Source of the DNA: Phormidium sp.
Lineage (GTDB): Bacteria > Cyanobacteriota > Cyanobacteriia > Cyanobacteriales > Aerosakkonemataceae
Direction of reading: 5' to 3'
DNA: 64,000 bases
Assembly (NCBI GenBank): GCA_051013385.1
Contig: CP143273.1
Location: 1,120,001-1,184,000, forward strand
Below the pieces are notes generated by a model, which had not been told where the DNA came from, did not search any database, and was given only the letters and a program-made list of their open reading frames with translations. Below are positions 47,205-59,391 of this stretch, in pieces (positions within the stretch are counted from its first letter, which is position 1; every line of letters begins with the position of its first letter). The position numbers and the translations under genes were made by a program.

Positions 47205-50200
47205 TTGAATTACCTTTGATCGCCAGTAGGCGTTGATCACTTCTCTATATGCCTCAACCATAATATTTTTTACTTTTGAATTACCTTTGATCGCCAGTAG
47301 GCGTTGATCACGTGTACAGATTGTGGGCTCAAGCCAACCAGAGAGCGTTGAATTACCTTTGATCGCCAGTAGGCGTTGATCACTTAACAATTCTTAACGT
47401 TTATACATGGCAACGATTATTGAATTACCTTTGATCGCCAGTAGGCGTTGATCACAAGAAGGAGTATGTGCGTTTGCCGCAGTCGCTATCATTTGAATTA
47501 CCTTTGATCGCCAGTAGGCGTTGATCACTAGACGAGGTGCTTGCTTTTAGTTGAATTACTCTGTTGAATTACCTTTGATCGCCAGTAGGCGTTGATCACT
47601 GAGATTCTTGGCATTCAAGTACAATCGGATAACTTTGAATTACCTTTGATCGCCAGTAGGCGTTGATCACTGAACTCGCCCCGTAAGTGTCATGGGCCTT
47701 CTTCATTTGAATTACCTTTGATCGCCAGTAGGCGTTGATCACATGCAAGAAATCAGATCAAAAACGGTGCTAAATCCTTGAATTACCTTTGATCGCCAGT
47801 AGGCGTTGATCACTATTGGCACCGATAACGAATTGGCAAGGTTTTTAAGATTGAATTACCTTTGATCGCCAGTAGGCGTTGATCACCAAGATACTAAAGC
47901 CATTTTTGAACCAGAAGCTAGGTTGAATTACCTTTGATCGCCAGTAGGCGTTGATCACGCGATCGGCGGTGGTGGAGATTGTTGCTGTAATTCTTGAATT
48001 ACCTTTGATCGCCAGTAGGCGTTGATCACACAATTTATACGAAAGATACTGAGATATTATGAATTGAATTACCTTTGATCGCCAGTAGGCGTTGATCACA
48101 GTAATCATCTTCTGCTGCTCTTGCTCAGTAATTTTTGAATTACCTTTGATCGCCAGTAGGCGTTGATCACTTTCCTAACAAACAGCCAGCAATTGAGCCA
48201 GCAATTTTGAATTACCTTTGATCGCCAGTAGGCGTTGATCACGTACGCACAACTTAAAGCCAAAGCTGCTGTAATTTATTGAATTACCTTTGATCGCCAG
48301 TAGGCGTTGATCACGTAAAAGAATGTTAGTTAATGAAGCTATGGTAAAAGCGTTGAATTACCTTTGATCGCCAGTAGGCGTTGATCACAATTTAATTGAA
48401 ACTTTAGGCAGCTTCTTTATTGTTGAATTACCTTTGATCGCCAGTAGGCGTTGATCACGAGTTGCATCATTAATTTGCTCAGTTGGGGCTAAGGATTGAA
48501 TTACCTTTGATCGCCAGTAGGCGTTGATCACAATATAGCAAGAGTTCCTTCGGCACCTCTTTGTTTTGAATTACCTTTGATCGCCAGTAGGCGTTGATCA
48601 CTGACCAGCTTCGTACTCAGCGATCGCTTTTACAACCCTTGAATTACCTTTGATCGCCAGTAGGCGTTGATCACTTCCCCTGCTTTAATTGAAAAGCCAG
48701 TGATTATTGATTGAATTACCTTTGATCGCCAGTAGGCGTTGATCACTTAATATTCCCTTGTAAAGGTGATTAGCATACAGTCGTTTGAATTACCTTTGAT
48801 CGCCAGTAGGCGTTGATCACAATCATAACGACAAATCGAAAGCGATCGAAATGTATTTTGAATTACCTTTGATCGCCAGTAGGCGTTGATCACCTCTAAA
48901 TTCTTTAGACCAAAAAAAAGCTGCTTCCATTGAATTACCTTTGATCGCCAGTAGGCGTTGATCACATTTGGTAATCGGAATTTTGAGCAATGTTAATCAA
49001 TTTGAATTACCTTTGATCGCCAGTAGGCGTTGATCACGTTTGCCACTGGCTTTAGGAATTAGGTTTGAGAAATTGAATTACCTTTGATCGCCAGTAGGCG
49101 TTGATCACGGTATCGCCAGCTTTTGTTGGGTGAGTAGTTAACTTTTGAATTACCTTTGATCGCCAGTAGGCGTTGATCACATTGCCTGTTAAGAAATTGT
49201 GAGATCGCCCTAACAGTTGAATTACCTTTGATCGCCAGTAGGCGTTGATCACCAAATGATTTACCGTGAGGCAACTTACAAGCACTTTTGAATTACCTTT
49301 GATCGCCAGTAGGCGTTGATCACATATTGCTGCGCTAATTCCTTATATCTTTGCTTGTTGAATTACCTTTGATCGCCAGTAGGCGTTGATCACATTTTGG
49401 GCGTTATATTGTTCGCCTCTCGCATCTAGTTTGAATTACCTTTGATCGCCAGTAGGCGTTGATCACAGTAGCCGCAACCAATTTGAACCCTACCCAGTAA
49501 AATTGAATTACCTTTGATCGCCAGTAGGCGTTGATCACTAATCACAAGCGAAACGCGAGGGATTCGCAAGCGATATTGAATTACCTTTGATCGCCAGTAG
49601 GCGTTGATCACTGGAAGAACGCTCTTATTTCTCCAGATCAACAACTTGAATTACCTTTGATCGCCAGTAGGCGTTGATCACTTCACCGCACCCGCATCAA
49701 GGGAGATCACTACGGTTTGAATTACCTTTGATCGCCAGTAGGCGTTGATCACAAAAGTATTTCTGGCAGATAATGTCAAATTGCTACTCTTGAATTACCT
49801 TTGATCGCCAGTAGGCGTTGATCACGGTAAGACTAAGAGATGAAGCTATTAATGCTTTTCTTGAATTACCTTTGATCGCCAGTAGGCGTTGATCACGAGG
49901 CGTAAAACATTTACTTCTTTGATTCCTTCCTCTTGAATTACCTTTGATCGCCAGTAGGCGTTGATCACAAGAATTGAGAAAAAAGTTGATGCTTGCAAGA
50001 AAGTCTTGAATTACCTTTGATCGCCAGTAGGCGTTGATCACACTTAGTAAATATTGAAAAACACTCCAGCCTTTATTCTTGAATTACCTTTGATCGCCAG
50101 TAGGCGTTGATCACAACTTACAATCTTTTTTATCAATCGCACAGATAGGCTTGAATTACCTTTGATCGCCAGTAGGCGTTGATCACTTGTTTTTCATAAT

Positions 50201-53200
50201 ATTCAAGTTTATCTCTATACTCTTGAATTACCTTTGATCGCCAGTAGGCGTTGATCACCTTTAAAAATCAAAGACTTATTGCTCAAGCCAGAAGCTTGAA
50301 TTACCTTTGATCGCCAGTAGGCGTTGATCACACCAAAAATTTGTATTTGCAGAAGCAGATACGGTCGTTGAATTACCTTTGATCGCCAGTAGGCGTTGAT
50401 CACTGCTTGGTGCTATTTGTTAAACCAGAAATCTATATTGAATTACCTTTGATCGCCAGTAGGCGTTGATCACTAACAGATTGGAAAAAGTAGCACTTGA
50501 CAAGCCTGAATTGAATTACCTTTGATCGCCAGTAGGCGTTGATCACAACCGGATGGGGAGCTTGAACCATTGCAGGATGACTTGAATTACCTTTGATCGC
50601 CAGTAGGCGTTGATCACAAGGGAAGCGCAAACAATACAAAGGCTGGAAAGTAGCTTGAATTACCTTTGATCGCCAGTAGGCGTTGATCACAACTGGATTA
50701 GATAATTATTAAATATAATCTCCCGGTTGAATTACCTTTGATCGCCAGTAGGCGTTGATCACGTAAGCAACAGGTTAAAACAATTGTCGAGCGTTACCTT
50801 GAATTACCTTTGATCGCCAGTAGGCGTTGATCACTTCCCTGCTCTATATCGGTTTCAATTATTAATGCTATTGAATTACCTTTGATCGCCAGTAGGCGTT
50901 GATCACGAGAGGGTTTAGAAAATAACAGCAATGGAACCGCTATTGAATTACCTTTGATCGCCAGTAGGCGTTGATCACGTCATATCTTGTTCGGCAATTG
51001 CTTTTAATGCTGTTGAATTACCTTTGATCGCCAGTAGGCGTTGATCACTAGCTAAAGCCTTGGAAGAGTACGGGGATTTATCTTGAATTACCTTTGATCG
51101 CCAGTAGGCGTTGATCACGATTTATTGGACTGAATTCGACGGGATTCAATCGATTGAATTACCTTTGATCGCCAGTAGGCGTTGATCACCTTTTGGAATT
51201 AGATGATATTTATATAATTCCCCAGTTGAATTACCTTTGATCGCCAGTAGGCGTTGATCACGTAATGCGCCAGAAACAGACGATGCACAATAGAGGTTGA
51301 ATTACCTTTGATCGCCAGTAGGCGTTGATCACATATCCCCATGTAAATAAGCTTCAAAAAAAAACTTGAATTACCTTTGATCGCCAGTAGGCGTTGATCA
51401 CGATTGTCACTCTGTCAATATCATCGGCAGCCAAAATATTGAATTACCTTTGATCGCCAGTAGGCGTTGATCACCTTCACAAATAGCAGCTAAAGCGGTA
51501 TTGCAACCATTGAATTACCTTTGATCGCCAGTAGGCGTTGATCACAGAAAATTCCGGTCTTTTAGTCGCACGCGATCGCCTTGAATTACCTTTGATCGCC
51601 AGTAGGCGTTGATCACATTAGGTTCGTCACCGTTGATATTTCCATCAAGATTTGAATTACCTTTGATCGCCAGTAGGCGTTGATCACAGGAAAACTAGAA
51701 AATATTTATTAGCTCTTGAAATTTTGAATTACCTTTGATCGCCAGTAGGCGTTGATCACAAGTTCCCCCCACTGGGCATGAACAGCAAGTCACCTTTGAA
51801 TTACCTTTGATCGCCAGTAGGCGTTGATCACAACTCCAACGAACGAAATAGTCGTGCTGAAAATATTGTTTGAATTACCTTTGATCGCCAGTAGGCGTTG
51901 ATCACATGCCCACTTAAATACCCTTAGTGCCGCGATAAAACTTGAATTACCTTTGATCGCCAGTAGGCGTTGATCACAAGTTAACAATAGTCAAATTAGA
52001 CGAAACAATACTATTGAATTACCTTTGATCGCCAGTAGGCGTTGATCACAATACAGGTGTTGCGACTGCTTACAATCGCGGCAATTCTACTTTCCCTGAA
52101 TATTGAATTACCTTTGATCGCCAGTAGGCGTTGATCACAATACAGGTGTTGCGACTGCTGCACTAGCTAGGAATTGAATTACCTTTGATCGCCAGTAGGC
52201 GTTGATCACGTTCCGGCAATGGTTTAAGGATTAGCGGCGGTGGTAAATTGAATTACCTTTGATCGCCAGTAGGCGTTGATCACGTGTCTAGCCCAGGACT
52301 TACACCAAGAGCATTACATTGAATTACCTTTGATCGCCAGTAGGCGTTGATCACGAACCTATATCTTTAACTGTTTACCTCACCGCACTGTTGAATTACC
52401 TTTGATCGCCAGTAGGCGTTGATCACGTTTTAGTTGTGTTGGAATGGTGGCATAGTTAATGCTTGAATTACCTTTGATCGCCAGTAGGCGTTGATCACTG
52501 GTCGTTGTGCTGAATTAAAGCAGAAAGCTTGTATTGAATTACCTTTGATCGCCAGTAGGCGTTGATCACATGTTTCTGATAAAGCTTCCGACCAAGTAGC
52601 AGACGTTGAATTACCTTTGATCGCCAGTAGGCGTTGATCACGAATGTATTTAAGATTTGAATGTGATTGTATTGATTGAATTACCTTTGATCGCCAGTAG
52701 GCGTTGATCACATGACTGTTAGCCATTTAGTTATAGGTGCTGGTAGTTTGAATTACCTTTGATCGCCAGTAGGCGTTGATCACTAAGTAGCTGGCCCTGC
52801 TGGTACTCCGGTTCTTTTTGAATTACCTTTGATCGCCAGTAGGCGTTGATCACGAATCAAAAGGGTAAATGTTGTAGACGGGGCTAGTTTGAATTACCTT
52901 TGATCGCCAGTAGGCGTTGATCACGACAGGTAAAGACCATGAGGGAGAGCCTTTTTTCTTTTGAATTACCTTTGATCGCCAGTAGGCGTTGATCACTTTC
53001 AACAGCCACGATTGAGAGAACTTGGTTTAGACCATTGAATTACCTTTGATCGCCAGTAGGCGTTGATCACAAGAAATTGAGCTAATAGTAGTATTTTGGG
53101 ATAATTTGAATTACCTTTGATCGCCAGTAGGCGTTGATCACGATGCAAGCTTGAGGACGGACACCCGCAAACTGAAATTTGAATTACCTTTGATCGCCAG

Positions 53201-54728
53201 TAGGCGTTGATCACTTAATAACGTAAATCACAATGGCTTGCGTAGAGCCTTTTGAATTACCTTTGATCGCCAGTAGGCGTTGATCACAACTAAGGTGTTC
53301 AATAATTTCCTCGGTTTCTTGTTTTGAATTACCTTTGATCGCCAGTAGGCGTTGATCACCTGGCTAATGCAAAAGCAATTAAGGTTTCTAGACCTTGAAT
53401 TACCTTTGATCGCCAGTAGGCGTTGATCACAGTTGTTTAAGTCTCCCGATCGCTTCTTCTCTGTTTTGAATTACCTTTGATCGCCAGTAGGCGTTGATCA
53501 CTTCACAGTTGCAGGAACAGTAGTTAACCCGATTATCCGTTGAATTACCTTTGATCGCCAGTAGGCGTTGATCACAGACTTTGCCCCTAAAAAAGGGCTA
53601 TCGCCACTGTTTGAATTACCTTTGATCGCCAGTAGGCGTTGATCACTGCCTCCAATTCATTAGCAGTAACTTCTGCCTTAACATTGAATTACCTTTGATC
53701 GCCAGTAGGCGTTGATCACAATCGTACCATTTTTTCTAAAATTGCTTTGGAAGGTTTGAATTACCTTTGATCGCCAGTAGGCGTTGATCACAAGTCAATC
53801 AAATTAAAAATGCGATGTTTACTAGTGTTGAATTACCTTTGATCGCCAGTAGGCGTTGATCACGGTTAATAGTTTTTGCTCTTACGGACAAATCACTGCT
53901 TTGAATTACCTTTGATCGCCAGTAGGCGTTGATCACTGTTAATCCATCGATAGCCGCTAACATTGTAACATTGAATTACCTTTGATCGCCAGTAGGCGTT
54001 GATCACGCGCTAAACTTTGACTAACGGTATGCCAATAAAGCGTTTGAATTACCTTTGATCGCCAGTAGGCGTTGATCACTTTTTTTAATTGGATTTTTTC
54101 TGCATCTGGATCAGGAATTGAATTACCTTTGATCGCCAGTAGGCGTTGATCACACAATAATCATAAAGCAAAGCGCTGTCTTTTGTTTCTTGAATTACCT
54201 TTGATCGCCAGTAGGCGTTGATCACGGTATTGAACATTTATCTATCGCCGGACTACCCTCTTGAATTACCTTTGATCGCCAGTAGGCGTTGATCACTTAT
54301 CGCGGCAACTGTTGCGGCGGAATATCACAGATTTGAATTACCTTTGATCGCCAGTAGGCGTTGATCACGCGTTGAGGATGTCATCGGCTGTTAGTTTAAA
54401 GTCTTGAATTACCTTTGATCGCCAGTAGGCGTTGATCACTAGCAGCCTATGCGTTTCACTTTCGCCACCTCTCGATTGAATTACCTTTGATCGCCAGTAG
54501 GCGTTGATCACGAAAAAGAATACCCATGTGCTTTGCTGATTCAAAAATTGAATTACCTTTGATCGCCAGTAGGCGTTGATCACTGGGTAAACCAAAACTT
54601 TTCTATCTGCCTTATCAAGTATTGAATTACCTTTGATCGCCAGTAGGCGTTGATCACTAATGGCAGCTAAATTAATAGAGTGGAATTATATCTTGAATTA
54701 CCTTTGATCGCCAGTAGGCGTTGATCAC
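47205..54728 (+). CRISPR. CRISPR array 2: about 105 repeats; repeat TTGAATTACCTTTGATCGCCAGTAGGCGTTGATCAC; cut by ISL3 inside a spacer
   Basis: Identical 36-nt repeats with a period of about 72 nt, counted by hand. Only 13 nt lie between the last repeat and the IS end. Confidence 0.98.
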
Positions 54729-54741
54729 CAGAATGGGAGGA

Positions 54742-56100
54742 GGCTCTCTCCTAAGCTCTGTGATAAAGCTAACTTATGAACAACTCTTTATGTCAGACAG
54801 AAACTCTGGCAAACCCTCTTTAATGGAGGGTTTGCCAGAGTTTCTGTAGAAAAATGATCTGTAGAAGTACGACAACTGGTACATTAGATATTAAATTACT
54901 GAAAAGCTCTGGAAAAAGATGACCTCTTTACTAGATAATTTACTAGATTTAGCAGAAACAACTGTCGAAGGTTATCAAGAAGTAGAAGGTTACGTTTGTC
55001 TTCATCTGAAGCTGTTAAATCGCGGAACTCACTGCCCTCACTGCAATTATTACACAGCAGAATTACATCAAACAACTCAGATACTAGTCAGAGATTTGTC
55101 CAGCTTCGGTAAACCAGTATACTTACGAGTACCCCGGCGGAGATTTTATTGTCCTAAATGTCAAAGATATAGTACAGAAAAGATAGACTTTTTAGCCGAA
55201 AGAAGAAACTATACCAAGAGATATGAACAGAATATTTACCAGAGAGTTCTCAGTTCTAATGTGGCCGAAGTTAGCCGGATAGAGTGCTTAAGTTGTGCAG
55301 AAGTAGACTTAATATTCCGGCGGATTAGTAGCGAAAAAAAAAGACTGGGGACAAGTAAGAAGGCTGACAATGGATGAAATCAGTCAACGAAAAGGTTATA
55401 GAGATTTTATCACAATGGTCGCCAATGCCGAGACAGGAAATTTGTTAGAAGTTATTGATAGTCATAAACAAGACGACATTATAGAAGCCTTGAAGCAGCA
55501 GCCATTGGAGGTGAGGGCGCAAGTAGAAGAAGTCAGCGTAGATATGTGGGGAGGCTTCCCAAAAGTTATTGCAGAAGTTTTTCCGAATGCGGCTGTAGTT
55601 ATTGACAGGTTTCATGTGATGAAGTTAGTTAATCAACGATTAAATAAGTTAAGACAAATAGTGGGAATAAAAGTTCAAGGTAGCCGATTTCTTTTGCTGA
55701 AAAATTCGGAGGATTTAACTGACGAGGAAAACCAAAAGCTACAAGAGATTTGGGAGCAATCACCTTGCTTGAGGATAGCTTACTCTATGAAAGAAGAACT
55801 TCGCGAAATTTACCAAACTAGTACCACCGTCAAAACTGGTGTAATTAGAATGAAGAAATGGTTAGCCCAAGCTCAGGTATTTTATAGTAAAGTTGCCCGC
55901 ACAATTAGTACTCATTTAGAAGGAATATGTAATTACTTTATCAGTCGCACAACCAGCGGTGTCATGGAAGGAATCAACAATAAAGCTAAATTAATGGGAG
56001 CGTCAAGGTTATGGTTTTACAAATTTTGAAAGCTTTCGTGCCCGCCTTTTAGGTAGCTTTTCTGATTAGAAATATTTATCACAGAGCTTAGAGGAGAGCC
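54742..56100 (+). mobile_element. ISL3-family IS, copy A
   Basis: IRs GGCTCTCTCCTAAGCTCTGTGATAAA and TTTATCACAGAGCTTAGAGGAGAGCC; no target duplication. Confidence 0.92.
54919..56068 (+). pseudogene. ISL3 transposase, split at an A8 run (about 55334) and frameshifted again near the 3' end
   Basis: Zn-finger ORF 54919-55377 and DDE ORF 55370-56029 (DE, DMW, DRFH, EGINN). The canonical RQGYGFTNF tail is in another frame. Confidence 0.85.
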
Positions 56101-57093
56101 GTGGATTAAGTAAGGTTGGTAAAGTTGTGTTGGTTGATAAACGAAACATTTAAATGCTTTTACCTGTTGGTTTAAGATATGCCATTTTGGTTCAGGCTCT
56201 CCTGTGGAAGTAGTAATTAATTCATCCATACGTTGAATAAAGAATTTCAGGTATTTAGTTCGACCAACATCATTGAGATAGCATCCCCCATTTTGATAAA
56301 CGAAATCTTGTTTAGCATTCATGACTTTGCTATTAATTAACCACAAAACTAGAGAATCAATAAAAGGGGCGCGGAATTCTTCGACCAAATCGCTGGCTAA
56401 TGCAGCATGGCGATCGCTAGTTTGATGCAAACAAGCTTGATAAGGATCGAGTCCTTGAATTTCAATTAGTGCTAATAGATGATTCCAAAGTATTTGATAA
56501 CCGAAACTGAGCATAGCATTGACCGGATTTCCTGGGGGATGCCGAGTTCTTTCTGTAAATACAAAATCTGAATTCGCTGTAAAGCATTCTGCTAATGCGG
56601 AGAAATACTGTGCGGCACCTGCTCCTTCAAATCCCATTAATCTTTCAATAGTGTCGGCTTTTTTTGCTTGTAATGCTAGGTAATCTAAGCTATCAATTAC
56701 CCTTTCTAGCAATGGGGAGTCAATTCTTTTTTTCTGTCGTCTTAGTAACACTCGGCTATTTTTTAATTTGGCATGAACTACTGCTCTTGCGATAATCATG
56801 CGTTCAACTTTACTCAATTGCTGTTGATAACGAGCTAGTTGACGATAACCCCGCTCGATCGCCATAACTCGTCCATAGCAATAACCCATCCTAGAAAGAT
56901 AAGCAATAGGGATATTCCGTTGGAGACAAGTACGAATTACCTGAGTTGTTAATTGCGATTTACCAAAAATTAAGATTTGTTCGAGAAAAGGTATTTGAAC
57001 TTGAGCTAGGATAGCATCGCTTTTTTTGACAATAAAATTTTCTTGTCGGAGCGATACATAACATCCCTGTTGGGAGACATAGAGAGTTTTCAA
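56017..57093 (-). CDS. cas1: Second Cas1 (type III-associated cyanobacterial type); native stop replaced by IS sequence
   Basis: TLYVSQQG, GFEGAGAAQYF, NAMLSFGY and SDLVEEFRAP. Residues after YQPYLIH are read from the IS right end. Confidence 0.92.
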   Translation of the reverse strand: MKTLYVSQQGCYVSLRQENFIVKKSDAILAQVQIPFLEQILIFGKSQLTTQVIRTCLQRNIPIAYLSRMGYCYGRVMAIERGYRQLARYQQQLSKVERMIIARAVVHAKLKNSRVLLRRQKKRIDSPLLERVIDSLDYLALQAKKADTIERLMGFEGAGAAQYFSALAECFTANSDFVFTERTRHPPGNPVNAMLSFGYQILWNHLLALIEIQGLDPYQACLHQTSDRHAALASDLVEEFRAPFIDSLVLWLINSKVMNAKQDFVYQNGGCYLNDVGRTKYLKFFIQRMDELITTSTGEPEPKWHILNQQVKAFKCFVYQPTQLYQPYLIHGSPLSSVINISNQKSYLKGGHESFQNL

Positions 57094-57380
57094 TTTCGCT
57101 TATTCTCCTTTAAAAAAGATTGGCGAGAAATATGCCGCAGACCTGTGGAATTTTGATGAGGATCAGATCTCAGTTCGGCTTGGGAATTAGGTAATAACCA
57201 AACGATTAGTTTATCGGCAATGCTGGAAATTACATAGCTACTAGCAGTAACCAGTAATGTATTGATAATTACAGCAGCTAATCCTAAAGGAGCAATGAGT
57301 AGAATTATCAGCGTGATACTACCATTCGTAATAGCTACTAAAGCATTACGCAATTGTTGGGCGCGAGTTGAGAGATACAT
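57090..57380 (-). CDS. csx18: Csx18-like membrane protein
   Basis: RN..VA..NG.ITLIILLIAPLGLAAVIINT; directly upstream of cas1. Confidence 0.75.
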   Translation of the reverse strand: MYLSTRAQQLRNALVAITNGSITLIILLIAPLGLAAVIINTLLVTASSYVISSIADKLIVWLLPNSQAELRSDPHQNSTGLRHISRQSFLKENKRN

Positions 57381-57401
57381 AAGCTATTTGACAATTAATT
57401 T

Positions 57402-57710
57402 TTACTTGGGCAAACTTTCACAGGCTAGACCATTTTTATTTCTGTCTAATCTATGGGGATCATTAGGAAATGCGTCTAACACTGCTTGTGCTTCCCTTTG
57501 ATGGGAAAAATCTCGGCAGTTACATTTTTTCTGTACGCAAGGGTGGAGTTGAGCATTAATTGTTGAAGGGGAAGCTTGAGTTACGTTGTCAATAGTTTTA
57601 CTAGTACTTTTTGGAGGGTTTAGTAAATTCCCTAATCCTGGCTTGTGACAGCCATATTGCCAAAAAATAATAGTTGCTAAAACCGCCAATTGAGTCAGGG
57701 CTTTTAACAT
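57402..57710 (-). CDS. Excalibur calcium-binding domain secreted protein/lipoprotein
   Basis: Signal peptide; CNCRDFSHQREAQ...DPHRLDRNKNGLACESLP. Confidence 0.85.
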   Translation of the reverse strand: MLKALTQLAVLATIIFWQYGCHKPGLGNLLNPPKSTSKTIDNVTQASPSTINAQLHPCVQKKCNCRDFSHQREAQAVLDAFPNDPHRLDRNKNGLACESLPK

Positions 57711-57872
57711 CTGGAATTTTTTCCTTATTCAGCACAATCTTTATTTAAAGAATGCAGCTGGCAGAAGTAGCCTTAACCTCAAAATTTGTCTCACTTTTTG
57801 CCTCAGTTGTTTGACTTGTGCCACCCAAAGGCTGTGTTTGGTAAGACATAATGGCATTAAAGAACAATATTT

Positions 57873-59391
57873 TTGGGGAACAAGGCTGTGGATTCCCTTG
57901 CTGCATCTACACAGGGACTCAATTTGGTTGACCAAAAAAGACAGCAAAAGCGATGGAACAAAACATCTACCCTTTGGTGTCAGGAGGCATTTACCACACG
58001 GTCAACCTTGAATCGCTTTTGGGAGGGAAAACCGATTCGGAGGGAAACTTTTATTGCTATCTGTGAAGCTGTTGGGGTTGGTTGGGAACAAGTGGCAGTT
58101 CAGCCGAATAATTTGTCAGAAGATTTTCAAAGTTTTTCATTGCCTTTTAAGATTGCGCCGATTAAATACTGGGTGGGGCGAAATTCGGAACTTGATACAC
58201 TCAAACAGCTACTTCTTGATTCTCACACTCGCACTGTGACGATTACATCTGTTAGTGTTGTTGGTTTAGCTGGTGTGGGTAAAACTACCTTGGCATCGCA
58301 GTTAGTCCGTCAGATGCAATCAGAAAATGCTCCTTTTGTGGTGGCTACTTGGGAGTCGTTACGTTCTACTAAGGGTATTGCACCTCGCTTTGACACCATC
58401 ATTGATGCCATGCTGTTTGATTTGTCTTTTGGTCAGATTGGTGCTGCTGATATTATCTTGGAAGATTATTTACAAAAAACTGAACGGCTGGTACAACTGC
58501 TGAAAAAGCAACGTTGTCTGGTAGTGATGGATAATGTGGAAACAGTGTTGAGTAGTAAGAAAGCTCAGAAGGCGGGATATTTTGCTGATGAGTGTGCTGA
58601 ATATGCTTGGTTATTTAAACAATTAGCTGAAACTGAACATCAAAGTAAGGTAATTTTTACTAGTCGGGAAACTTTGGCAGAATTGCCTAGACTACAAACT
58701 CATACTTTTCAGTTAGGTGGATTGGATTTAAAAGCATCGGTTGACCTTTTGCAAGCTTTAAATCTTACAGGTACATCGACGGAATTTTCTGCATTAGCAC
58801 GACGTTATGATGGGCATCCTAAAGCTTTGGAATTAGTTGCGGCTGTTATTAATGAAGATTTTCAAGGTGAGATTAGCCGATTTTTAGCTGACCGGAAATG
58901 GTTATTAATTCGGGATTTGGAAAGTTTAATTGATGAAATTATTGTTCGTCTGAGTCAAGAGGAATATACTTGTTTGAGTCAAATTTCAGTTTACCAAACT
59001 TCTGAGTTTCCTCTGCTGTCATCAGGAATTGCTGCCCAAATGTCAGAAGTTACGGAACGTCATTTGAAAGAAAATATTATTTTGGCTTTGAAACGTAGAC
59101 AATTGCTAGACTATGACTCAGAGTCAAAACTTTGCTTTGGCGATTTTGGCACAAGCTTACAATACTTCTGCTTTGATTGAGCAAAAGGTTGAAGATTATG
59201 AAGTAGCTATTCAACTTTCTCAGGAATGTTTAAAGGTGGCTCGTGAAATTCGGCATCCACCTACGGAAAGTTGGGCTTTGCGTAATTTGGGTGTGGCTTA
59301 TGGGGGAGTTAAGGATTACCAAAAGTCAATAAATTGTCTGAAAAAGGCTATCTTGGTCAAAAGATACAGAACTGCTGGGACTAGTTTTTGA
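57873..59391 (+). pseudogene. NB-ARC/STAND ATPase with TPR remnant, internally deleted or frameshifted
   Basis: WVGR..EL, GLAGVGKT, LVVMDN, TSR and GHPKAL motifs. Out-of-frame TPR fragment at 59113-59391. Confidence 0.75.

Noticed and set aside
47193..54595. Many minus-strand ORFs with VINAYWRSKVIQ or DQRLLAIKGNS repeats
   Set aside because: They are translations of the CRISPR repeat, not genes.
33572..54692. Self-targeting of the island by array spacers
   Set aside because: Spot checks gave only matches of 11 nt or less. An exhaustive alignment was not possible by eye, so this is untested rather than excluded.
33536..54728. Type I-B CRISPR-associated transposon with a homing mini-array
   Set aside because: No tnsA/B/C or tniQ in the window, cas3 is intact, and the mini-array spacers did not resemble tRNA or glmS by eye.
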